The position numbers and the translations under genes are program-made. 64,000 bases of DNA, taken from assembly GCA_964057225.1 (NCBI GenBank), contig OZ059900.1, forward strand, positions 10,044,001 through 10,108,000, written 5' to 3'. Shown here in pieces: positions 1 to 10,484 of the stretch; position 1 is the stretch's first letter; each line of letters opens with the position of its first letter. Under the pieces are notes generated by a model. That model made no database searches and was not told the DNA's origin. It was given only the letters and a program-made list of their open reading frames with translations. Source of the DNA: Auanema rhodensis. Taxonomy: Eukaryota; Animalia; Nematoda.

Positions 1-1419
1 AATGCAAAAGAATAGAGTACAAACGATAAAAACTATATTAATTCTGCAATTGTTGAACAGAAATTGGCTGTTAGCTAACAGTAGTAATGTTATTTTAACG
101 ACCGTGTAGAGGAAGACAAGTTGTACATTGAATTTAAGAAATAAAATGTGTTATGAGTATGTTGATATGCATAATAAAGATAAAGAAATAGAAGAAAAGA
201 ATATGTATAGCTTAGGTTTTAATTTCAAAATTTATGGAAGATTTCTGAAGCGACTCTTGATATCGAAATTATTTCACCAGAAACGCTAACTCTAATTAGA
301 TGATAGTCTTAGCAATGATACCACAGGTTTCACCACCTATCCTTATCCGACAATATAAGATTTATCGTATTTCATTCTCTTGGTAATATATCGTTCGGTT
401 GATTAAGAAAGCTGAAAAGCAAGAACCATGTCCATCAAGATATGATCATTAAAATGTTTTTCCTTTTAAGGATTTTTAATGTTCAAACTTTAACAAATTC
501 AGTTTGTACTAAAAAAAACTCTATTCATTTACTAAATTTGTAATTTTTTTGAATTTTTTTGTTCCCAAATGGTTTCTACTTAGGAAATATCCACAAATAT
601 CAATATATAATACCGAGAAGAGAAATATTTATTTAACCATATGATACTATGTGCAAAAAAGAAGAGAAAAGTTCTCTGTTAGCTTTGAAAGCTCAGGCAC
701 CTACTAAATTTACAGAAATCGAGTGAAACTTCGGTGTTGACTATTTCATAGATATGTGTGAGACCAAGCAATTATAAAGTTTTTATTGCTTGGCTGACCG
801 TTTCAAATTTCTTCTTTGACGTTACCATACTTTTTGTTTCTTTCATTGTGTTATCTAAGAAGATAACTATCAGATTGTATTTTGGTTAACAACGGATATC
901 GCATTTCGTGAAATTTGGACTTTGATTTCATTTTATGTAGTTATAGTTGACAAATATCATGATAATAAATAGAAATTAATCAATAATATCAGTGTAACAT
1001 GAAAATATTATAAAATTTTCAAAATCAAACAATTCTCTCTAATAAAAGAATTGAGATTTTCTGTTAATATTGAGAATATTGTCTTTTGTCCTCACATAAC
1101 TTAATATTTTCAAATTGTCATAAGTTTGCTGCGATTTGCAAGAAAAAAACATTTCTGTGATATGAAGCCACGAGAGACACCCCTTTTTGATATCAGATAA
1201 TAGTTTTCTGCGTGGGTGCCGAAGAAGGCAGAACAATCCAAACCTCAAAAAACTTAATTTTATGAATTCATTCATTACCACTTGCTACTGCTGTTGTCAA
1301 GTTTCAAATACCTTTCTCTCATATATACTCTAAATTCATTTCAACCTTTTGGTTGATTTGGATATATACCAAATTAATATTTCCGAAAAAACTTTCCTCA
1401 AACCTTAAATTTGAATATT

Positions 1420-1820
1420 ATGGATGAATTTCCTTATCTGTCACGTCACCTTTGTAAGTTATGAGATTTAAAAACTTTTATATTAGTTTTACTTGTAGAC
1501 AATCGGAGTGGTTCTCTAATCATTGAAAACCAAGCTCGAGAGGTAGACGAAAAACATTGTGAAATCCAAACTTATCAAACAACACCGCGTGTTACTCAAC
1601 TTTGCATTTTTAATGAAAAGGATTCTGACATGAGTGAGTATAGCTTGTGTGTTCAAACGTTATCAAGTTTTTTCTATTTCATTTCGAAATATCAAGTATA
1701 CTCACTTGTTTAGAACCTTCCCACCAATTTGATATTCAAAAAGAAGCTCCGCCTGTTTATGATGATAGTGATGTTGAAGACGACGATGAAGACGCTTTTA
1801 TACTCTATCAGGCTGTATAA
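1420..1820 (+). CDS. Small 3-exon orphan protein (~91 aa, acidic C-terminus)
   Basis: Hand-spliced at GTAAGT/TTGTAG and GTGAGT/TTTAG junctions: MDEFPYLSRHLYNRSGSLIIENQAREVDEKHCEIQTYQ...PPVYDDSDVEDDDEDAFILYQAV*. The frame stays open across both introns and AATAAA follows. No family recognised. Confidence 0.65.
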
Positions 1821-2258
1821 GTCCACATCCTGGATCAAAATAACAACAAGTAGAATTTTCCAACTTTTTTCTTGAAATGTTTTCATTTAATTTTAATGTA
1901 GAAATTTAATAAAAAATTTGATCTAATATCCTATTTCAATTTTATTTTCTCGGTCGGCGCTTTTGATTGCATATTTATTCCGCCAAGCAATTTCTCAACT
2001 GACAATTTCAACCTTTTCTTCCGATCTTTCAACTGTTCTTCAAAAAATTCTTCAGAATCTTTTCAAATACTATCAGAACAATTTTCCAAACATTGGCGTC
2101 GATTCAAAGGTTATGCGATTTTCATGGATAGAAACAGTGAGATTTTCTACCTAGATAAAGAAATTGATATTTGATCACAATTAGGCTGCAAATCTCATGA
2201 ATGTTTGCAACTAAATTGATTTAAACAAAACTTTTTTTTTAGATTTCAAGTTAAGATA

Positions 2259-2907
2259 ATGATAAATCTGACCCCGTCAACGGTTCAAACAAGTAGCAAC
2301 GATGGCATTCGAATGTTTTCATTTGCCATGTTCTGGGAATATATCAGTCTTAGGACAACGGTATTTCATAGTTTTTGAGAAAACATTCATTTACTATCTC
2401 TTCTCTCAGATTATTTTTTCTTTTTCAACTTTTTTTAAAAATCTTTCAATATTAGAATTTCAGAAATCTTATTCTGGTGTCCTGAATATTCATTATGAGC
2501 AAAAAAAATGAAAATTCTCATCGTAGACGATGTGTTAGTAAGTTGCTTCTATTTAACTTTTTCTAATTTCTTCCTTCTTAGTCGAAAATGGTCGAGAGAT
2601 CACGCATGAAGTCTATCGATTGGGTGAAAACCGATGCGATAATTCATATCCTGGGAAAGAAAGTTTTCTCAAACCTATTGACAAATCAAAAATAGAAGAA
2701 ATTGCTCTACGTGAAGAATATGAAAGTTTGTCTAGATTATTATTTCTACTGAACCTCATTGTACTTTCAGATGGTGATGTTTCATTGTTTTTCGATCGTC
2801 TTGATTTGGATGAAGGCGAAGGAATTGAATTCATGCAGTCGCGTGGTTTTTGACTCCCAGAAGACAACAAAGAGGACATACTGAATGATTGTCGAAGATA
2901 TAATTAA
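2259..2907 (+). pseudogene. Disrupted 3-exon orphan gene upstream of 5S
   Basis: Exon-like segments with splice sites join only if the A8 run at 2501 is frameshifted. There is an in-frame TGA at 2851-2853, after which LPEDNKEDILND..* continues. Copy 2 has the same lesions. Confidence 0.4.
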
Positions 2908-3377
2908 TTGAACTTCCTCTGCTATTTGAAGCCTCACTTATTTTTTTTTGAATTAGGATATTCAATTTTGAGTTCTTTTTTCGGAAAAAAGTTTTTAATT
3001 TATATAATTTTCTATTGTTTTCCAATTTTCTAGTGATTTCTCTATGTTTCTTTCTATCGTTTTCTAATTTTTTAGTGATTTTCAAATGTTTTCAATAAAA
3101 TATTTGTAGAAGCTGTTTAAATCACTTTTGGTTTTTTTTAAGAACTAATCGAATTTGTAAAACTTGAATTAAATCTTGCATTTTCACAAACAAATAGGGT
3201 TCACGTGAACAAAGTGAGAGAATTGATTTCACAGTTTAGAAAGAAAAATATATGGTTTTACCTTCATAACGCGATGATTAATCCAATATCCGGACAGAGT
3301 ATTGCCCAGATGTTTCATTTCTGATACAGCGGTCAGCGAAGTTCACGATTATAACTGCAAAACTAAAGTTTACATTC

Positions 3378-3496
3378 GCTTACGACCATACCACGTTGAA
3401 AGTACGCCATCCCGTCCGATCTGGCAAGTCAAGCAACGTTGGGCCCGGTTAGTACTTGGATCGGAGACGGCTTGGGAATCCCGGGTGCCGTAAGCT
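3378..3496 (+). rRNA. 5S rRNA gene, copy 1
   Basis: 119 nt GCTTACGACCATACCACGTTGAA...GTAAGCT, closely matching nematode 5S, followed by a Pol III T-run terminator. Confidence 0.99.
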
Positions 3497-3561
3497 TTTT
3501 CATTTTGATTTTGAATAGTAGTGAATTAAGGAATACGGTAACTTGAGGTAATTACGTATGT

Positions 3562-3581
3562 GCTCTAGTGATAAGCGGGAA
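3562..3581 (+). promoter_or_regulatory. GCTCTA-N7-GCGSGA motif downstream of 5S / upstream of cargo gene
   Basis: GCTCTAGTGATAAGCGGGAA; same-spacing copies at 8300, 9305, 13864, 22071 and 42961 (-). The 3' half resembles an E2F site. Confidence 0.55.
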
Positions 3582-4033
3582 GATATGTCATCATAACATA
3601 TTCAAATAAATTTTATTTTTATTGATTTTTATTTGTTATTTTAAATTCTACGCACCAATTGCTTAGAACAATGTTTGCAATATTTTCATTCATAATTAGC
3701 AAGAGAAGTACCTAGTGTTAAACAGAATTTGTTATATACGTATGTCTAGTTAAGACATTTAAGAGATACGGTAACTGTGAAAGGGCACCTGTAAATAAGT
3801 AGCTGTAAATTAAAAAAGTTTTAGGCCGGAATAATCGTTATTTCGAATTATTCAAATCTAATCAATATATCTCAATATATTGATTTTTTTCTTAATTGCC
3901 TCCATTGTTTTTTGTTTGCATTTTTTATTTCTTCTCGTTGCAGGTATTGACAACTGCTGCCTTTTTAATTTTTCGTTACTGATTCTCAATCGTAAGTTTG
4001 TTGTTGTTTTATTTATTATTCATCGTATTGAAG

Positions 4034-5034
4034 ATGGACAGATTTGGTTCTGCCGCAGGAAAAGATAATTTAATTGAATTGCTTATGAACGATGCAGAGT
4101 CTGAAAATGCATCTGATTTTATTATTCGAGCATTCGAACAATCAGTCGGGCCGGCTCCCATAATTTTACCTAGAGTTGAGCATTTAGCCTTCTCATTTCC
4201 TCTTGTTGATCGCCCTGCTGATCAATTTGTTTCTCCACCTGTAGGAGAAAGGCTTGAGAATGACATTTTAGACAATTTGGTAGGAGAAGACATCTATTCT
4301 GATTCTGAAGATATGGGAATATATTGGGTAAATATGCTTAAAGTAAGAAATTTCGAAGAATTTTTATTTCTAGGAAGACCCGACACAGGAAGATGAAACG
4401 GTGCCAGAAAATGTCAACGATACATCTATTGAAATACTCGAAGAAGACACGATTCCGCTTTCATCAGTGCTCAATGAAAATATGCCAGGCGAATATGAAG
4501 CACATGATGAAGACAACGGAATTGTAAGTCATTTTTCACTCAGTTATTGAAAAAAACGTTTGTTTTCAGGAAACTATCGACCTTACTGGAGAAGATGCTG
4601 ATAATGATACTAATCGTTTCTCTTTCAATTCTTCGAATACTTTGGTATTCAAGCTTGTAATATAAATTTTTATAATTATTTCATTTTTTCAGAGAAATCA
4701 TTATGATCTGGCTAATGATAATCAGAATATGTTAATTAACCGTGAATCAGATGATGAAAACAACGGGATTGTAAGTCATTTTACTCTCAGTTATTGAAAA
4801 AAATGTTTTTTTTTTGAGGAAACTATCGACCTCACTGGAGATGTTCCTGTACATGAGCTTGCTGATGAAAACCCAATGGAGACGGCTTTAGACATCGAGA
4901 ATAGGGAGAATGTACGCGACTCTGATAATACTGCAAGTCCTATTAGATATAGAACTGTTACGACTATTCTGATGCTGCCAGGTGGTGAAAGAAAGTTTAT
5001 CACTAGCGAAGAACCCGAACTGAATTTGTTGTGA
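4034..5034 (+). CDS. Acidic disordered orphan protein with repeated IDLT (SIM-like) motifs (cargo gene A)
   Basis: Five phase-0 exons splice into one frame: MDRFGSAAGK...GIYW/EDPTQED...DNGI/ETIDLTGED...NTL/RNHYDLAND...NNGI/ETIDLTGDV...KFITSEEPELNLL*. Preceded by a 48-nt 5'UTR exon. The last acceptor is a weak GAG. Confidence 0.75.
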
Positions 5035-6125
5035 GAAAAAATATTGTATTACAAAGATAAGAGCAAGTTGAAATTCTAGGGAAATTCTGATAAAAAGGAA
5101 ATGTTTAAGTCAGACGGTTTTCTATTCATAGACGTCTTTTCTCTAGTGTTTCATCAAGTTTTCTTCTCTAATCTCGTTATACTATTTGTTATTGTTACAT
5201 GTTATAGGTTTTTTGAAATTTTTCAAATGATTGTTTGTGTTGAATGGAATTTTTAATAAAGTTTGTTTGTTGTTTATAACTGTACAATGAAACTATAACA
5301 GTAAATAAATTAAAAAATAACATTTCCCAGGATAAAATATTGAATTATTCGAAATATGCGCTTAATGTGCACGGAAAATATAAACGATAACTATTTGAAT
5401 GAAATTTTCTTTTCTCTTAATATTCTGAAGAATTTGAATTATCTCTGAGATTGATTCTCAATATCCTACAATATCATAGAATAAGAAGTCTATTTCGTAT
5501 ATCTAAGATATTCCTTTTACTCTTCTCTTCATCTGTCTTAAACTTCATCGATTGTGTTATCTAAGAAGATAACTATCAGATTGTATTTTGGTTAACAACG
5601 GATATCGCATTTTGTGAAATTTGGACTTTGATTTCATTTTATGTAGTTATAGTTGACAAATATCATGATAATAAATAGAAATGAATCAATAATATCAGTG
5701 TAACATGAAAATATTATAAAATTTTCAAAATCAAACAATTCTCTCTAATAAAAGAATTGAGATTTTCTGTTAATATTGAGAATATTGTCTTTTGTCCTCA
5801 CATAACTTAATATTTTCAAATTGTCATAAGTTTGCTGCGATTTGCAAGAAAAAAACATTTCTGTGATATGAAGCCACGAGAGACACCCCTTTTTGATATC
5901 AGATAATAGTTTTCTGCGTGGGTGCCGAAGAAGGCAGAACAATCCAAACCTCAAAAAACTTAATTTTATGAATTCATTCATTACCGCTTGCTACTGCTGT
6001 TGTCAAGTTTCAAATACCTTTCCCTCATATATACTCTAAATTCATTTCAACCTTTTGGTTGATTTGGATATATACCAAATTAATATTTCCGAAAAAACTT
6101 TCCTCAAACCTTAAATTTGAATATT

Positions 6126-6526
6126 ATGGATGAATTTCCTTATCTGTCACGTCACCTTTGTAAGTTATGAGATTTAAAAACTTTTATATTAGTTTTACTT
6201 GTAGACAATCGGAGTGGTTCTCTAATCATTGAAAACCAAGCTCGAGAGGTAGACGAAAAACATTGTGAAATCCAAACTTATCAAACAACATCGCGTGTTA
6301 CTCAACTTTGCATTTTTAATGAAAAGGATTCTGACATGAGTGAGTATAGCTTGTGTGTTCAAACGTTATCAAGTTTTTTCTATTTCATTTCGAAATATCA
6401 AGTATACTCACTTGTTTAGAACCTTCCCACCAATTTGATATTCAAAAAGAAGCTCCGCCTGTTTATGATGATAGTGATGTTGAAGACGACGATGAAGACG
6501 CTTTTATACTCTATCAGGCTGTATAA
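6126..6526 (+). CDS. Duplicate of the 1420-1820 orphan gene
   Basis: Same exons and introns, with one P>S change (ACACCG to ACATCG). Confidence 0.65.
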
Positions 6527-7004
6527 GTCCACATCCTGGATCAAAATAACAACAAGTAGACTTTTCCAACTTTTTTCTTGAAAAGTTTTCATTTAATTTT
6601 AATGTAGAAATTTAATAAAAAATTTGATCTAATATCCTATTTCAATTTTATTTTATCGGTCGGCGCTTTTGATTGCATATTTAGTCCGCCAAGCAATTTC
6701 TCAACTGATAATTTTAACCTTTTCTTCAGATCTTTCAACTGTTTTTCAAAAAATTCTTCAGAATCTTTTCAAATACTAAAAGAATATCATGAAATCTCAT
6801 TTAACAAACATCGTATACCAGAACAATTTTTCAAACATTGGCGTTTATTCAAAGGTTATGCCATTTTCATGGATAGAAACGGTGAGATTTTCTACCTAGA
6901 TAAAGAAATTGATATTTGATCACAATTAGGCTGCAAATCTCATGAATGTTTGCAACTAAATTGATTTAAACAAAACTTTTTTTTTTAGATTTCAAGTTAA
7001 GATA

Positions 7005-7653
7005 ATGATAAATCTGACCCCGTCAACGGTTTAAACAAGTAGCAACGATGGCATTCGAATGTTTTTATTTGCCATGTTCTGGGAATATATCAGTCTTAGG
7101 ACAACGGTATTTCATAGTTTTTGAGAAAACATTCATTTACTATCTCTTCTCTCAGATTATTTTTTCTTTTTCATCTTTTTTTAAAAATCTTTCAATATTA
7201 GAATTTCAGAAATCTTATTCTGGTGTCCTGAATATTCATTATGAGCAAAAAAAATGAAAATTCTCATCGTAGACGATGTGTTAGTAAGTTGCTTCTATTT
7301 AACTTTTTCTAAGTTCTTCCTTTTTAGTCGAAAATGGTCGAGAGATCACGCATGAAGTCTATCGATTGGGTGAAAACCGATGCGATAATTCATATCCTGA
7401 GAAAGAAAGTTTTCTCAAACCTATTAACAAATCAAAAATAGAAGAAATTGCTCTACGTGAAGAATATGAAAGTTTGTCTAGATTATTATTTCTACTGAAC
7501 CTCATTGTACTTTCAGATGGTGATGTTTCATTGTTTTTCGATCGTCTTGATTTAGATGAAGGCGAAGGAATTGAATTCATGCAGTCGCGTGGTTTTTGAC
7601 TCCCAGAAGACAACAAAGAGGACATACTGAATGATTATCGAAGATATAATTAA
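7005..7653 (+). pseudogene. Duplicate of the 2259-2907 disrupted gene
   Basis: Same A8 run and in-frame TGA. Confidence 0.4.
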
Positions 7654-8124
7654 TTGAACTTCCTCTGCTATTTGAAGCCTCACTTATTTTTTTTTGAATT
7701 AGGATATTCAATTTTGAGTTCTTTTTTCGAAAAAAAAGTTTTTAATTTATATAATTTTCTATTGTTTTCCAATTTTCTAGTGATTTCTCTATGTTTCTTT
7801 CTATCGTTTTCCAATTTTTTAGTGATTTTCAAATGTTTACAATAAAATATTTGTAGAAGCTGTTTAAATCACTTTTGGTTTTTTTTAAGAACTAATCGAA
7901 TTTGTAAAACTTGAATTAAATCTTACATTTTTACAAACAAATAGGGTTCACGTGAACAAAGTGAGAGAATTGATTTCACAGTTTAGAAAGAATAATATAT
8001 GGTTTTACCTTCATAACGCGATGATTAATACAATATCCGGACAGAGTATTGCCCAGATGTTTCATTTCTGATACAGCGGTCAGCGAAGTTCACAATTATA
8101 ACCGCAAAACTAAACATTACCTTC

Positions 8125-8243
8125 GCTTACGACCATACCACGTTGAAAGTACGCCATCCCGTCCGATCTGGCAAGTCAAGCAACGTTGGGCCCGGTTAGT
8201 ACTTGGATCGGAGACGGCTTGGGAATCCCGGGTGCCGTAAGCT
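8125..8243 (+). rRNA. 5S rRNA gene, copy 2
   Basis: Identical 119-nt 5S followed by a T-run. Confidence 0.99.
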
Positions 8244-8398
8244 TTTTCTTTTTTTCAGAAAAAAAGTTCATGAAATTAGTTATTGATAATCAGATAAGCG
8301 CTCTATTGATACGCGGGAAAATGTTATACTTAAAAAGAAATACTCCAAATGTCATAGTGATTGGAGAAGAAAAGTGCATTTCGGCCGTAAAAGCAGTC

Positions 8399-9050
8399 AT
8401 GGATCCTCTGCAACAGCTAACGGACATAGTTTTTCCGCAAGAGAGTTCGGAAAAGATCCAACACTTCACGTGTAGCCGTTTGTTATGCTATTTGCCCCGA
8501 CAAGTAAGTTTAATTGTTATTTGTAATTATTTCATATCAAATGATCGTAATTTAATGATGAAACCAAACCATTCGAAGCATAATTAGAGTACTTGTAAAA
8601 TCGTTCAAATCTTAATATTGCATTTGTTTGAGGGACTCAACAGGAAATCAGATTGAAAACGGAGCTTGGAGCTGTTCTTCCTGTGAGGTGGCTTTCTCTT
8701 TTCAAGGTAAGCAACACTTTCATACTTATAGAATAAAAGAAATAGAAAGTATAGAAAAATGACTTTTTTATCAATTATTTTCAGTTTTTGAAAACCCCTG
8801 TTCCAAAATTGAATACAGCCGCATTGAAATTCTTATGTCCAACGAAGGACAATGAATGTGTATCGAACTTTAAGCATATTATCCAATTCTCGGGGCTCTT
8901 AGGACAATTTATGAAAAAAAGGTATTTCTATCTATAACCACCTTGATTTTTATGTTATAATTTTAATCTACTTTTTTTAACAATTTTGCATAATATTCTC
9001 AATTTGATAAATAATAAATAAAAAAATCTCATATATTATATTTTAGGTGA
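8399..9050 (+). CDS. Putative multi-exon orphan gene downstream of 5S copy 2
   Basis: ATG after the motif at 8300. Exon-like pieces MDPLQQLTDIVFPQ..., TQQEIRLKTELGAVLPVRWLSLFK and FLKTPVPKLNTAALKFLCPT... are bounded by splice-like sites. The first junction and the end are uncertain. Confidence 0.35.
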
Positions 9051-10295
9051 ATGCATCGCAACTCTGCAAATTGGCAAAATGCGTCGAGTGAAAAGAATAT
9101 TTTTTTTAATCTGTACGTTGTTTTTTTAAATTAGAAATTTCTGTTTTTTATTTTATAACATTTTGTATTTTGTGTACATGAATAAACATTTAATACACAT
9201 CTAAAGATATTTTTTAATCAATAGTATGATATAAGATGTTAATCAATATTATATATTGTTGTTTAAATTAGATGAACTGCTTGCTCCATTTAGAAAAACT
9301 GTTTGCTCTATTAATACGCGGGAATATATTATATTTTAAATAAAAAATACTCCAAATGTAATAATGATTATATTTCCAACTATTATTTTTTCTTATATAT
9401 ATATATAGCTAGTTAGATACTTTTTTTTCGAAATTATTGTTTAAAATTTGATAACAACATGACAGTTCCAAAGCCATTGATGACAGAATATGAGGAGACT
9501 AGAAGGTATTTCAAAGAAATTATAGATAACAAGGATTAAACATAGTGAGTTGTAAACTATATGCTATATTCTAAAACTTTTTGCCTTTGTCTTGTGAATT
9601 ATGTTATTTGTATTCAAATAACTTGATTTTATTCTGTGAATATGCTACGATTTGTTTTTTTATTTTTGAATTAGAACTTGTTTAAGGTTATGATGACCGC
9701 AAGACTTTTCATAATTTTTCCAATTTGTGATGTTATAAAGAAAATAAAAATTTTATAAATGGTTAAAGCTTTTATATGTTTGACATACCATTATATTTCA
9801 TTTGAAATGAGAAATTTGGGCGTTTTCCTGAAAATGTATTTTAGAGAGTTGTGGTGTACGGTATATTATATTTTTTTTAAAATATTTCCCTTCAAATGTT
9901 TCTTTTTATCTATATATTCATATGGAACTATATATTAAAAATATATTTGTATATAAGTTGATGAAGGGGGGAAGAGCACCACTACTGACATGAGTTCATG
10001 AAGATCACAGGTACTCGAAAAAAAATTCTGAAAAAAATTTTTTTTTGTGATTTTATATAAAAACTTTATATTTCTCATTATTATTATTATTATTATTATT
10101 TATATATATTTAATAATTTAAAGATAGAAAAAACAAAAAATAAACCAATTGACCAAATCTTACCCCTCACGTAAGTCATTAATGACCGGTACACCGAAAA
10201 TAGTCAAATCTGACACTTGTGGTCAAAAGAGCGAGTGCACTCGTATGAAGTACGATACATAATCTCAATGTTTATGTTTCTGACGACGTTGCAGT

Positions 10296-10484
10296 ATCGC
10301 TTCTCGGCCTTTTGGCTAAGATCAAAGTGTAGTAATCGTTCTTATCGAATTAACCTTCGATATGTGTTCCATTGGTTCACAATAAGGTTAACCGATTTTT
10401 GAGACCTGAGGTAGATGCTGGCTTGCTAGCTCCATCTCACGGGTCGACCCGCTCTTGCACTGCTGGCGGGAACGGCCCATCCCC
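10296..10484 (+). ncRNA. U2 snRNA gene (variant immediately 3' of the branch-site sequence)
   Basis: ATCGCTTCTCGGCCTTTTGGCTAAGATCAAAGTGTAGTA, stems IIa/IIb, Sm site GATTTTTG, stem III and stem IV loop TTGCACTG. Reads GTAGTAATCGTT instead of canonical GTAGTATCTGTT. Confidence 0.93.

Larger units (their letters stand above)
845..3496 (+). repeat. 5S-terminated cassette, copy 1 (about 2.65 kb)
   Basis: Near-identical to 5551-8243 from ATTGTGTTATCTAAGAAG through the end of 5S; the main difference is a ~40-bp indel near 6780. Identity with copy 2 stops right after the 5S T-run. Confidence 0.95.
5551..8243 (+). repeat. 5S-terminated cassette, copy 2
   Basis: Direct repeat of 845-3496 (offset 4706, rising to 4747). 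Confidence 0.95.

Noticed and set aside
230-740. Coding-like fragments at the window start
   Set aside because: Multiple stops and no consistent splice model.
3302-3493. ORFs ending LRPYHVESTPSRPIWQVKQRWARLVLGSETAWESRVP (also 8049 and 13604)
   Set aside because: Translations of the 5S rRNA gene, not proteins.
3520-3560. Possible spliced-leader RNA next to 5S (GGTAACTTGAGGTAA)
   Set aside because: Only TTGAGGTAA resembles the SL1 splice junction; the 22-nt leader GGTTTAATTACCCAAGTTTGAG was not found on either strand.
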